Positions 1-9,479 of a stretch of 20,000 nt of DNA are shown piece by piece. Below the pieces are notes generated by a model. It was given only the letters and a program-made list of their open reading frames with translations. It ran no database searches and was not told the origin of the DNA. The position numbers and the translations under genes are program-made. The first letter of the stretch is position 1. Each line of letters begins with the position of its first letter. Location of the stretch: contig CAZXWN010000012.1 of assembly GCA_964644695.1 (NCBI GenBank), positions 58,326-78,325 on the forward strand, read 5' to 3'. Origin of the DNA: an uncultured bacterium. GTDB lineage: Bacteria > UBP4 > UBA4092.

Positions 1-366
1 CGTTTCAGCAGGTTGAGTTTCTTCTTCAACAGGTGTTTCAACATTGATATCTTCAAGATCAATTCCTAACTTGGTTGCCCAAAAAATAACCGCATCAAGT
101 CGGGAAATATTCTTTGTTTTTGAATAAAGGTCTAACAGGTCACCACCATTAAATCCAGGACAGTGAGTAAATCCGCATTTGATAGTATTACGCCCAAGAG
201 TAATGGTGAGGCTTCGGAATAATGATTCATTATGGATGGGGCAGAAACAACGTATAGTATTACCATCGTCATGAATAGTATCGGTTCGATATCCGATATC
301 TTCCAAGACGTCATTGGCATTCATTTGCTGATTTAACTGGTCTTCAAACTTTCCCGCACTTTTCAT
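1..366 (-). CDS. CHC2-type (primase-like) zinc-finger domain protein, partial (runs off the window start)
   Basis: Hand translation from ATG at 366 is open to position 1: MKSAGKFEDQLNQQMNANDVLEDIGYRTDTIHDDGNTIRCFCPIHNESLFRSLTITLGRNTIKCGFTHCPGFNGGDLLDLYSKTKNISRLDAVIFWATKLGIDLEDINVETPVEEETQPAET. The CPIH..E...S / C..C / GD / AV..A..GI pattern matches the zf-CHC2 domain. It is absent from the ORF track because no stop codon lies in the window. Confidence 0.8.
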   Translation of the reverse strand, partial: MKSAGKFEDQLNQQMNANDVLEDIGYRTDTIHDDGNTIRCFCPIHNESLFRSLTITLGRNTIKCGFTHCPGFNGGDLLDLYSKTKNISRLDAVIFWATKLGIDLEDINVETPVEEETQPAET

Positions 367-390
367 GAATTATAAGGTAATCCCATATAC

Positions 391-747
391 TTATTTTTTC
401 TGAATGATTTGGTTGTTTTCCCCGCAGACAATGATTGTTGGGTGGTAATTGGGGTCATGCTTCATTTGTAAGAAAGTGAAAATAACTAATTTATCGCCTG
501 CCACACCATACCGGGCAGCCGCACCATTCAGGCATACCACACCGGACCCTCGTGCCCCTTTAATTAAATAAGTTTCGAATCGTTCTCCATTGGTGATGTT
601 GGCGACCAGGATTTTCTCATATTCAACCATGTCTGCGGCATCCATTAAGTCCTCATCCAGCATTAAACTGCCTTCATAAGTTAATTGGGTATCTGTCACC
701 CTGCAAGTGTGGACTTTTGATCGCAACATAATTCGTTCTAAGGACAT
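391..747 (-). CDS. panD: aspartate 1-decarboxylase
   Basis: SKVH, YEG|S autocleavage (pyruvoyl) site, NGERFETY and LNGAAAR motifs; 118 aa; AAGGAG upstream. Confidence 0.96.
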   Translation of the reverse strand: MSLERIMLRSKVHTCRVTDTQLTYEGSLMLDEDLMDAADMVEYEKILVANITNGERFETYLIKGARGSGVVCLNGAAARYGVAGDKLVIFTFLQMKHDPNYHPTIIVCGENNQIIQKK

Positions 748-784
748 GGGATATGAGACTCCTTTATTTAGGATTTAAGGCTTT

Positions 785-813
785 ATTATATCATTGGCGT
801 GTTTATTTATCAG
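785..813 (-). promoter_or_regulatory. putative sigma-70 promoter for panD (extended -10)
   Basis: Minus strand CTGATA (813-808), 17-nt spacer, TATAAT (790-785) preceded by TGn. Confidence 0.55.
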
Positions 814-1546
814 AATGAGAGTGAAAGTCTTGTTGTTTATCTGAATTGAGTAAAACTATGATTTCCTCATTTATTTGGTGGATAGTTTTCTCATCCGGGG
901 TTTCTGGAGAGTATTGATTCAACAAAGATTCGATTCTGCGTGCACACTGCGCTACAATCTCAAATCCATAAGTAGCGGCAGAACCCGCTAATTTATGTGT
1001 TTCCATAATCAGTTTTTTATACAGGTCATCGGATGGTTTTGTTTTGAAGGATTCCCATGTAATTTGTATTTGTTTGAATTTTTCGGGCAGTCGAAGCTTG
1101 TAACTATGATGTGCGGCCTGAAGTTTTTCCTGCATGGATGAATCGGGAGATGTTATTTGATTGGATTCCCAGATTTGATGGATTTGTTCCGGAAGAGTCA
1201 TGGGGTCAAATGGTTTGATTATGACATCCAAGGCTCCCATGTTTCGGTATTCATTCAGTTCTTTGGGGAGTACTTTGGCTGTTAGAAATACTACCGGTGT
1301 ATATCGTGTTGTATCCAGTTTTCGCAGTGCTGCTAGAGTGGTGGGGCCATCCATATCAGGCATCATTACATCCAGGATGATTATGTCCGGCTTAAACAGG
1401 GTGACCTTTTCGAGCGCTTCCAGACCCGAATTACATGTTTCAACGGTAAAGTGACCTACCAGCTCGAGTGACATTCTGATAATGTGTTGAATATCAGCAT
1501 CGTCTTCTACGCAAAGAATTCGTTTTGGTTTGTTTTTACTTGTCAT
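803..1546 (-). CDS. response regulator, receiver domain plus C-terminal Hpt domain
   Basis: REC motifs VEDD, LDVMMP (phospho-Asp), LTAK and KPF; C-terminal HKLAGSAATYG Hpt motif; no DNA-binding domain visible. Confidence 0.92.
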   Translation of the reverse strand: MTSKNKPKRILCVEDDADIQHIIRMSLELVGHFTVETCNSGLEALEKVTLFKPDIIILDVMMPDMDGPTTLAALRKLDTTRYTPVVFLTAKVLPKELNEYRNMGALDVIIKPFDPMTLPEQIHQIWESNQITSPDSSMQEKLQAAHHSYKLRLPEKFKQIQITWESFKTKPSDDLYKKLIMETHKLAGSAATYGFEIVAQCARRIESLLNQYSPETPDEKTIHQINEEIIVLLNSDKQQDFHSHSDK

Positions 1547-1563
1547 ATAAATAACACCCTGTA

Positions 1564-4500
1564 TTAACTGGTTTGTTTTGTTTCTGCAGAATGGTTGGGA
1601 TAGGGCAGAATAAAATAGAACTGAGTACCTTTCCCTGGTTCTGATTCATAACCTAATTGACCTTGATGATGGTCAATGATGGCCTTACATATACTCAACC
1701 CTAAACCAGTACCCCCTTGCTGTCGAGTATCAGACGAATCCGCCTGTGCAAATTTCGAAAAAATATGGGGACGGAACTCAAGAGGAATACCATTGCCATA
1801 ATCTTCAACTGTAACTCGGATTCCAACATCTGTTGAATCAACGATAATATTTATGGGTTTCCCAGGGGGTGAAAACTTGGCGGCGTTGGATAGAAGATTG
1901 GTCATGACCTGGTGAATCCTCTCTGGATCACCCATCACTGTATCTGAAACCACTCCAAGTTTATTAATGCATTTAAAAGATACCCCATATTTCACAGCTA
2001 ACGGTTGGTTGTTTTCCAGTGATTGTTTTACCAAGTTTGATAAAGGCATGGGAACAATATGGTACTGCATTTTCCCGGACTCTATTTTTTCTAAATCCAA
2101 TAAATCATTAATGAGTATCATTAATCGTTCACTGTTTCGACAGGCTCGAAGGAGTAGGTCCTGGGTAGAAGGATTTATGGTGCCTGTAACGCCCCCCATT
2201 ACTAATTTAAGGCTTCCGATAATAGATGTGAGCGGAGTACGGAGTTCGTGGCTTACGGTCGATATGAATTCATTTTTGAGCCGGTCAATTTTCTTCCGCT
2301 CCGTAATGTTTCGGATAATAACCAGAATTTCTTTTCCACTGGATACTACCAGTCGCGCCTCAAAATCAGAAGTTTTATGTCCTTTGGTTTGTTGATATTC
2401 AAACACCTGTATCTGGTGGTGGCGAAACGCTTTCAGTATATAGGATTGAATTTGTTCCACGATTGGTTGTGAAAACAAACTTAAGAGATGGTCACCGACA
2501 TGGTCTTTTTTGTTTGAGGAACCATGCGAACTCTTATAGTCCAGGATGATCCCATCCGAATTAATCCTCAGTATCATATCTGGAATGGCATTTATGAGTG
2601 CTCGATTTTTTTCTTCACTGTTCCGCAATGCCTCTTCCATCTGTTTTCGCTCAGTAATGTCCTCACTGATTGCTACGACATGCCGAATCCGGTTCTGATC
2701 ATCACGAACTGGAGAAATCGAAATGCTCTTCCAGTATGGCTCACCATTTTTTCTTTTCGTCTGGATCTCTCCGTGCCATTCTAAACCTGAATTGAGATTT
2801 TGAAGTAATTCAGTTAAATCCGGAAGGGAACTGTTTGTTCTAAAAAACTCAGACTGGGTTCCCACTAATTCGTATGAACTAAATCCTGAGATCTGGCAGA
2901 ATTTAGGATTTACATATTCCACATAACCCTGTGGATCCGTAATCATGACGGCTGCCGGACTCTGTTGCATGGCAGTGGATAAGGTTTGGATGCTTTCCTC
3001 AGTTTTCTTTCGCTCGGTTATATCTAGTGCTGTGCAGATAATGCCGAGTTTCCCGTTAATTTCTATCCGATTGGCGGAGAAATCTACCCAGCGAATCTCA
3101 CCGGTCTTGGATGAGAACATAAATTCCTGCCGGGGATAGGTGTCGTCGCTATACAGAAGGTCTGTTATTTGTTGTTGTAAAAGTTCCTGATGCTCTGGAT
3201 GTAGTATGTCATTCAGTGGTTTTCCGATAATATCATCTCGATTGTAACCCGTAATCTGAGTGAAAAAGGGATTCACATAGATGAGTTGATTGCTTTGAAT
3301 AATGAAGATGGCAACGGAAGCGGTTTCTGCTAACTGCCGGAATTTATTCTCACTTTCAACCAATGCCAGCTGGGCATTTTTGAGTGTCGTAATATCCCGT
3401 CCAATACTCTGGTATTCAGCAATGTGTTTATTATCGTCCAGGATAACTCGAGTGCTCCATGACAACCATCGTAATCCCTTCTCATGATGTTGAAGAGCAT
3501 ACTCAACCGTGTCTGTGGGATTTTCGGGAGAAAGTCCTGAATAATGTTGGATTAATTGTTTCCGGCTAGTAGGGTCTAATTCGGGGTGATATCTCTTACC
3601 GAGTAAAGATTCTTTTTCTACTCCAAAATATCGACAGAATCCCTCATTTACAAAAGTCAGATCACCACTTGTGTTTATCCGACAAATTAACTCGGTTTGT
3701 TCTTCAACGATGGCACGATACTGCTTCTCAGAAATCCGTAACTCAGATTCTATTTTTTGTCGTTGATTAAGTTCGTAGCGGAGCATCTGGTTTGTTTTTT
3801 CCAAGACGGTCGTTTGGTCTTCATAACGACGATTTAACTCACTGTGGGCCTGATGTTGAACGGTTTCCAGCCTTTTGTAATGGGTAATATCTTCAAGAAT
3901 TCCGTCGAAGAGAAGTTGTTCTTCTTCATTATAAAAACTCACCCCTGTCAGTTTCCCCACAAAATTACGGCCCTTCAGGGATACCAATGGAACTTCTTCG
4001 TTCTGTATAAATCCCTGTTTTTTTAGCTTCTCGATAATATGGATTCTATCTTTGGGATTTTTATAGATATGGCTGGGGGGGGTGTTTAACAGTTGCTCAC
4101 GCGTCTCTGCATCAAAAAATTTAAGCATTGCCTGGTTTACTTCCAGAAACTGGCCCGGCTGAGACTGGAGAGTTCTGAATACACCCACACTAAGATTGTT
4201 GATTAAAACATGGTAGGGGCCGGCCGGGTCATGGCTGGCAATCGGGCCTACCATAGAATCACTATCCTGGTTTATGTGAATGACCTTGCCAATACGGGTT
4301 TGTTGATTCGTTTGGGTAAGACTTATTTTGATATGGGGAGAACACTGGGCTGTTAAGATGAGAGTTTTGAATTCATTAATATTATGGATGGAGAGAAATT
4401 CCTGAGATGTACTATCCAGTAAATCTTTTAGAAAGAGCTTCTGACCAGGGTCTGATGTCAGTCCCAATAAAGATTGGGCTACAGAATCCATACATAATAT

Positions 4501-4578
4501 CGAAAGGTCTTCTCCGGTAATAAATACGCCCACAGGAGCTTCGGTTGTAGATGGGTCTGTAGGTATGTTTTTTGCCAT
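1564..4578 (-). CDS. soluble multi-PAS sensor histidine kinase
   Basis: About 5-6 PAS/PAC units ending in DIT/NIT; H-box SHELRTPL, N-box NLLSNAAKF, DYGNGI, GTGLGL; no obvious transmembrane segment. Confidence 0.95.
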   Translation of the reverse strand: MAKNIPTDPSTTEAPVGVFITGEDLSILCMDSVAQSLLGLTSDPGQKLFLKDLLDSTSQEFLSIHNINEFKTLILTAQCSPHIKISLTQTNQQTRIGKVIHINQDSDSMVGPIASHDPAGPYHVLINNLSVGVFRTLQSQPGQFLEVNQAMLKFFDAETREQLLNTPPSHIYKNPKDRIHIIEKLKKQGFIQNEEVPLVSLKGRNFVGKLTGVSFYNEEEQLLFDGILEDITHYKRLETVQHQAHSELNRRYEDQTTVLEKTNQMLRYELNQRQKIESELRISEKQYRAIVEEQTELICRINTSGDLTFVNEGFCRYFGVEKESLLGKRYHPELDPTSRKQLIQHYSGLSPENPTDTVEYALQHHEKGLRWLSWSTRVILDDNKHIAEYQSIGRDITTLKNAQLALVESENKFRQLAETASVAIFIIQSNQLIYVNPFFTQITGYNRDDIIGKPLNDILHPEHQELLQQQITDLLYSDDTYPRQEFMFSSKTGEIRWVDFSANRIEINGKLGIICTALDITERKKTEESIQTLSTAMQQSPAAVMITDPQGYVEYVNPKFCQISGFSSYELVGTQSEFFRTNSSLPDLTELLQNLNSGLEWHGEIQTKRKNGEPYWKSISISPVRDDQNRIRHVVAISEDITERKQMEEALRNSEEKNRALINAIPDMILRINSDGIILDYKSSHGSSNKKDHVGDHLLSLFSQPIVEQIQSYILKAFRHHQIQVFEYQQTKGHKTSDFEARLVVSSGKEILVIIRNITERKKIDRLKNEFISTVSHELRTPLTSIIGSLKLVMGGVTGTINPSTQDLLLRACRNSERLMILINDLLDLEKIESGKMQYHIVPMPLSNLVKQSLENNQPLAVKYGVSFKCINKLGVVSDTVMGDPERIHQVMTNLLSNAAKFSPPGKPINIIVDSTDVGIRVTVEDYGNGIPLEFRPHIFSKFAQADSSDTRQQGGTGLGLSICKAIIDHHQGQLGYESEPGKGTQFYFILPYPNHSAETKQTS

Positions 4579-4642
4579 CCCAATGAGTACCTGTTTTTCC
4601 TTCTGAATTTACCGATTGTGCATCATTAATGAGTCTATCAGT

Positions 4643-4671
4643 ATTTTAGGTCTCCATGAGACGAGGTGCAA
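4643..4671 (-). promoter_or_regulatory. putative sigma-70 promoter of the kinase / REC-Hpt pair
   Basis: Minus strand TTGCAC-N17-TAAAAT, located just downstream of the namZ terminator. Confidence 0.5.
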
Positions 4672-4683
4672 CTCTATATAAAT

Positions 4684-4711
4684 GAAAAAGAGGAGTTTTA
4701 ACTCCTCTTTT
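4684..4711 (-). terminator. intrinsic terminator after namZ
   Basis: Inverted repeat AAAAGAGGAGT-TTTA-ACTCCTCTTTT with A/T tails on both sides. Confidence 0.75.
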
Positions 4712-4736
4712 CTCAGGTATTCGAAGGGTAATGTGA

Positions 4737-5900
4737 TTAGTAGAGCAGGTAGGATTTCCTTTTTTGATTGAATTCGGTTAATCCTTGCTCCCATTGTTCA
4801 ATGACAGGTGTCATGGAGTGGCTTGAAGAAAATACTAAATCGTATTGATCTGTGCCCACTGCCTGATGGAACATCTTAAGCCGTTCTTCGGACACTTCCA
4901 TGATTTCCTTGTCTGGATATAGTTTCAAAAGGGTTGAGAAAAGATGGAATCCAACGGCAGTTGGTCTCAGGACTTTTTTATCTGTAATATGGATTTGGAC
5001 TCCTCCACAAGGTTCCCCGGTGAACTTGAAGAAATAGGGTCTAAATGTTAGCGGGCGGAAAAGTACTCCGGGCAGTTGTAATGCATTCATGGCTTCAGCC
5101 AATTCTTCAGCCTGAACAAATGGGGCTCCGACCACTTCAAAGGGAAGTGTGTATCCAACACCGGTTGATAAAGATAATAGTTCTCCAATAAATCCGGTCA
5201 TTACATAATGCCAACAGATGGATGCTTGCGGAATCATTGGAGAAGTGAGTACCCAGGGAAGACCTGTATCGGAGAACTCCATATCTCGATTCCATCCTTC
5301 CATGGGGATTACCGTTAAGTGACAGTTAATATTAAATTCTTTATTGAAGTACATTGCCAGTTCACCTACGGTCAATCCATGGGCAACCGGTATTGGGTAA
5401 AGTCCAATGAATGAAGAATATTTCGGATCCAGGATGGGCCCATCAATCATGTTACCTGTTATTGGATTGGGCCGGTCAAGAATAACGAACTCGATTCCTT
5501 TTTCACGGGCAGCTTCCATGGCATAGGCCATGGAATAGACGAAAGTATAATAACGCGCTCCGACATCCTGGATATCAAAAAGGAAGACATCAATATTTTC
5601 CAGCATTTCTGGAGTCGGGCGGCGGGTTTTACCGTACAGGCTGAAAATAGGAATTCCTGTTTTTTCATCGACGCCAGTTTCGACATGGTCGCCAGCAAAA
5701 ATGTCTCCGCGAATACCATGCTCTGGACCATATAAGGCTGTAATTTTGATGTCTGGATGTTGATGGAGTAGGTCTGCTGTTGACCGCAGTTGTGAATCTA
5801 CTCCCGTTGGATTCGTAATTAATCCAATTCTTTTCCCTTTATACTGATGAACATACTTTTCAAGGAACACATCAATCCCCGGTTTTACCAAAGGTTTCAT
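4737..5900 (-). CDS. namZ: exo-beta-N-acetylmuramidase NamZ family (DUF1343/YbbC)
   Basis: GLITNPTG, PEHG, FDIQDVGARYYT, LDRPNP, HGLTVGELA and WVLTSP motifs. Confidence 0.9.
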   Translation of the reverse strand: MKPLVKPGIDVFLEKYVHQYKGKRIGLITNPTGVDSQLRSTADLLHQHPDIKITALYGPEHGIRGDIFAGDHVETGVDEKTGIPIFSLYGKTRRPTPEMLENIDVFLFDIQDVGARYYTFVYSMAYAMEAAREKGIEFVILDRPNPITGNMIDGPILDPKYSSFIGLYPIPVAHGLTVGELAMYFNKEFNINCHLTVIPMEGWNRDMEFSDTGLPWVLTSPMIPQASICWHYVMTGFIGELLSLSTGVGYTLPFEVVGAPFVQAEELAEAMNALQLPGVLFRPLTFRPYFFKFTGEPCGGVQIHITDKKVLRPTAVGFHLFSTLLKLYPDKEIMEVSEERLKMFHQAVGTDQYDLVFSSSHSMTPVIEQWEQGLTEFNQKRKSYLLY

Positions 5901-6048
5901 AAAGCCCTCGCTATAATCAGAATTTAGTCCATTGCCATAGATTGTAACTGATTTTACGGAAAAATCCTGCCCTCTTTTGCTGATTGTGTTACGATTTTAA
6001 TAGATATGTTGGGAATTATTTACTCTGTTTTGCGAGGCTTTTTACATT

Positions 6049-7215
6049 ATGCATCGATTTGAACGAATTGACCGTTTACCCCCCTATGTTTTCAGTATTG
6101 TCGACCAGATAAAAATGGAATACCGACATAAAGGTCAAGATATCATTGACTTAGGCATGGGAAACCCAGATATGCCCACTCCCCCTCACATCGTAAAAAA
6201 GATGGAAGAAGCCATCCTTAAGGGGAGAAACCATCGTTACTCTGTTTCCCGGGGTATTCATAAACTCCGAGTCGCCATTTGTAACTGGTACAAACGAAAT
6301 TACGATGTAGATTTGGACCCAGAGACCGAAGCTATTGCAACGATCGGTTCTAAAGAAGGTCTGGCTCACCTGATGCTGGCAATTCTGAATCCTGGCGATT
6401 TGGCCATGATTCCTAACCCTTCTTACCCCATTCACCGATATAGTGTGGTCATTGCCGGCGGTAATGTCGTAAATGTTCCCATGACCCTTCATACCGATTT
6501 GGCTGAAAATATCATGGCAGCTTATCGGGAAACATGGATACGTCCTAAAGTCCTTCTTTTGAATTTCCCGCATAATCCGACAACAGCGACTGTTGATTTA
6601 GCCTTCTATGAAAAGGTCGTAGCCTTTGCCCGTGAAAACAATCTGATTATTGTTCAGGACTTAGCCTATGCTGACTTGTGCTTTGATGGATACAAGGCTC
6701 CAAGTATTATGCAGGTTCCTGGTGCTAAGGATGTTGCTGTAGAGTTCTTCACCTTGTCAAAGAGTTATAATATGCCCGGCTGGCGAATGGGTTTCATGGT
6801 TGGAAATAAAGAAATCGTGAAAGCACTCACCCGGATGAAAAGTTACCTGGACTATGGAACCTTTACTCCAATCCAAATTGCTGCAACAGTGGCCTTGGAT
6901 GGACCCCAACAGTGTGTGGATGATATTAGAGCTGTTTACCAGAAACGGCGCGATGTTCTGGTGAATGGTTTGAATAAGATTGGTTGGGAAGTTCCTTCTC
7001 CGAAAGCAACGATGTTTGTCTGGGCGAAGATTCCACCCAAATTCCAATCCATGGGTTCACTGGATTTCTGTAAATTCCTAATTAAGGAAGCCAATGTGGC
7101 GGTCTCTCCAGGCATTGGATTTGGTGAATTTGGTGATGATTATGTCCGTATGTCACTCGTTGAGAATGAAAAACGGATTCGCCAGGGTCTCCGCAGTATC
7201 AAAGAAATCCTTTAA
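6049..7215 (+). CDS. alaC: PLP-dependent class I/II aminotransferase, AlaC (YfdZ) type
   Basis: [48 protein letters not shown] (PLP lysine) and SYLDYG closely resemble E. coli AlaC. LL-DAP aminotransferase activity cannot be excluded. Confidence 0.8.
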   Translation: MHRFERIDRLPPYVFSIVDQIKMEYRHKGQDIIDLGMGNPDMPTPPHIVKKMEEAILKGRNHRYSVSRGIHKLRVAICNWYKRNYDVDLDPETEAIATIGSKEGLAHLMLAILNPGDLAMIPNPSYPIHRYSVVIAGGNVVNVPMTLHTDLAENIMAAYRETWIRPKVLLLNFPHNPTTATVDLAFYEKVVAFARENNLIIVQDLAYADLCFDGYKAPSIMQVPGAKDVAVEFFTLSKSYNMPGWRMGFMVGNKEIVKALTRMKSYLDYGTFTPIQIAATVALDGPQQCVDDIRAVYQKRRDVLVNGLNKIGWEVPSPKATMFVWAKIPPKFQSMGSLDFCKFLIKEANVAVSPGIGFGEFGDDYVRMSLVENEKRIRQGLRSIKEIL

Positions 7216-7228
7216 TTACTGACGAAAA

Positions 7229-7945
7229 ATGAAAAAGCCGGTTGTATCCTCCCGGGGCCAGAAAAGTGCGACAGTTCACTCTAATCAAGTGAATGAGTCT
7301 TTTCTCCGGGAAGTGTACAATCGGCTTTTTACTATTTATGGGCCTCAACATTGGTGGCCCGGTGAAACACCCTTTGAAGTGTGTGTCGGAGTCATACTAA
7401 CCCAAAATACATCGTGGACCAATGTTGAAAAAGCCATCCATAAAATGAAGTCGGCCCGTTGTTTTAGTATCCAACATCTTATTGATATTCAACAGGATGA
7501 CTTGGCTGAAATGATTAGGTCTGCTGGATATTTCAACCAAAAGGCCAAAAAGCTTCAAATATTTGCCGGACATATTAAGACGCATTATCAGGGGCATCTC
7601 TCGCACCTGTTGCGAAAACCTGGGCCGGAATTAAGGAGCGAGTTGCTGAGTCTCTGGGGAATAGGGGATGAAACGGCCGACTCGATGGTACTCTATGCGG
7701 CGGGACATCCTTCATTTGTGGTAGATGCTTATACCCGCCGGATGTTCAGTCGGTTAGGATGTTGTTCTCCTGATGTTTCTTATGCGGATTTACAGTCAAT
7801 GTTTATGGCCCGGCTGGAACACGATACCCCCTTGTATAATGAATACCATGCTCTGATAGTCCGTTTTGGAAAAGAACAGTGTAAATCTAAACCTATTTGT
7901 GGGAATTGCCCTCTGTCAGATATCTGCCGTTTCCGACCTCATTAA
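7229..7945 (+). CDS. endonuclease III-related HhH-GPD DNA glycosylase with 4Fe-4S motif
   Basis: WWP, ILTQNTSWTNV, HhH motif LWGIGDETAD, VVDAY, HALIV and C-terminal C-x5-C-x2-C-x5-C. Glu occupies the position of the lyase Lys of canonical Nth. Confidence 0.88.
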   Translation: MKKPVVSSRGQKSATVHSNQVNESFLREVYNRLFTIYGPQHWWPGETPFEVCVGVILTQNTSWTNVEKAIHKMKSARCFSIQHLIDIQQDDLAEMIRSAGYFNQKAKKLQIFAGHIKTHYQGHLSHLLRKPGPELRSELLSLWGIGDETADSMVLYAAGHPSFVVDAYTRRMFSRLGCCSPDVSYADLQSMFMARLEHDTPLYNEYHALIVRFGKEQCKSKPICGNCPLSDICRFRPH

Positions 7946-8031
7946 TCAGTGTATTCCGTCCTCTCTCGTAACGAATCATCCACGGACCTGCTCCGAGCTG
8001 CTCCGTGGATTCCTCGAAATAACTCCATAAG

Positions 8032-8076
8032 AAAACCCCCGAAGGTCCGTTTGACTTTCGGGGGTTGTTTGTTTTT
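8032..8076. terminator. bidirectional intrinsic terminator between convergent genes
   Basis: AACCCCCGAAGGTC-cgttt-GACTTTCGGGGGTT with T-rich tracts on both strands. Confidence 0.8.
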
Positions 8077-8084
8077 AACTTGTT

Positions 8085-9275
8085 TTATTTAAGGGCTTTA
8101 AGGGGATCCAGTGGAACATTGTTTCGTCGGACTTCAAAATGAAGGTGAGGACCTGTGGATAATCCCGTGCTGCCAATTCCAGCAATCAATTGACCTGCAC
8201 TGACGGTATCACCTTTAGATACATCAATCCGGGATAAGTGACCATAATAGGAACTGTAACCATTCTCATGCTGAATAATGATAGTATTACCCATCAAACC
8301 ATACCGCCCTGCAAAAAGAACTTTTCCACTCTTTGTTGCATGAACGGGTGTTCCGGTAGATGCCGCAATATCAACACCACGGTGCATTCGAACACCACCG
8401 CCCATTGGGTGTTTTCTGTATCCGAATCGAGACGTTAATTTACCGTTTGCCGGATATTGGAAACCTGATGTTGTAGCGGCGATTCTGGAGTCCGCATCTT
8501 CCTCTATCTTGGCGGCATCTTCTTCAGATATCGTGACTTCATCCACAAAAGCCGTAGTCATCTTTATTACAGGTTTATTCTTGGCGGCTGTGGCCTTGGC
8601 GAGCATGACCGGTTCAGTTTTTAATGTACGAGTTGCTTTGACACCGGGCAGAAGCAGTTCCTGATTACGGGCTAACCGACTACTTTCCAGATTGTTATAT
8701 TTCTTGATAGATTCGACGGTTACACCATGTCTTTTCGCGATAGTAAATAAAGTATCACGTCTGGTGACTTTATAAAATATTCCATCAGTCACCGGGATTC
8801 GTAAGGTAGAACCGGACTTAAGTTCTGAAGTGTAAACTTTGGGATTGGCGGCTAGTAGAGTTTCCTGTCGGATTTTGTAGCGGCGGGCGACTTTTTCAAC
8901 GGTATCGCCTCTGCGAGCATGGTAAACCTTAAATACGGTTTTTGTGACAGGTTTTTTCGTGACGGCGGCCTGATCAGCCTCGGGTTTTTCTTCTGTGACA
9001 GATTCAGCAGGAGTATCAACCGAAGCGGCCGGCGTATCGAAAGCCAGCATTTCTGGTGCGTTATATTGAAGGGTTTCTTCTGTAGAGACTACAATGTAAT
9101 CCCCAATCAGCCACCCGGCAATCACAAAAACAAATACAACACCAATAATAAGTGTAATGTATTCATAGGGATCCCAAGAGTGTAGGCCAATGCGGGGTTT
9201 AGGTTCTTTTTTTAATGCGAAAACGTATTTTTTTAGAAAACGACGTTCCGCTTTATAGTTGCCTGATTTATTCAA
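8085..9275 (-). CDS. membrane-anchored LysM x2 + M23 family peptidoglycan endopeptidase
   Basis: N-terminal TM helix; two LysM repeats (RRGDTV..VA..Y and RRDTLF.IA..H); M23 zinc motifs HRGVD and GPHLHFE; TTG start with GGAGG about 7 nt upstream. Confidence 0.92.
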   Translation of the reverse strand: MNKSGNYKAERRFLKKYVFALKKEPKPRIGLHSWDPYEYITLIIGVVFVFVIAGWLIGDYIVVSTEETLQYNAPEMLAFDTPAASVDTPAESVTEEKPEADQAAVTKKPVTKTVFKVYHARRGDTVEKVARRYKIRQETLLAANPKVYTSELKSGSTLRIPVTDGIFYKVTRRDTLFTIAKRHGVTVESIKKYNNLESSRLARNQELLLPGVKATRTLKTEPVMLAKATAAKNKPVIKMTTAFVDEVTISEEDAAKIEEDADSRIAATTSGFQYPANGKLTSRFGYRKHPMGGGVRMHRGVDIAASTGTPVHATKSGKVLFAGRYGLMGNTIIIQHENGYSSYYGHLSRIDVSKGDTVSAGQLIAGIGSTGLSTGPHLHFEVRRNNVPLDPLKALK

Positions 9276-9323
9276 TAGTCATCCTCCCGTCATTGTTATC
9301 TGACAGTATCGATATTATGGTTC

Positions 9324-9352
9324 ATTATCTTTTACATTGGCGGTCATGTCAA
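9324..9352 (-). promoter_or_regulatory. putative sigma-70 promoter for the LysM-M23 gene
   Basis: Minus strand TTGACA-N17-GATAAT, about 50 nt upstream of the start. Confidence 0.65.
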
Positions 9353-9470
9353 CCCTAAAAAATATTTGTTAGATTTTGGGGGTTGGCTTTGTCTGCTTTA
9401 ATAGATAGCTGAATGGTAGTTTAGCTATCGTATTATTGTTAGAAAAAAATATGAGTGGAAATATATTTAA

Positions 9471-9479
9471 TGCTATACT
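9471..9479 (+). promoter_or_regulatory. putative extended -10 promoter for the S8 protease gene
   Basis: TG-c-TATACT in AT-rich context; -35 weak. Confidence 0.4.

Noticed and set aside
132-320. 62-aa minus-strand ORF from the track
   Set aside because: It is an alternative frame of the longer 366->1 ORF, which carries a recognisable zinc-finger motif.
7950-8030. About seven GGA motifs on the minus strand, suggesting a CsrA/RsmA sponge
   Set aside because: The region lies downstream of the minus-strand terminator with no visible promoter, and several GGAs fall in stems rather than loops.
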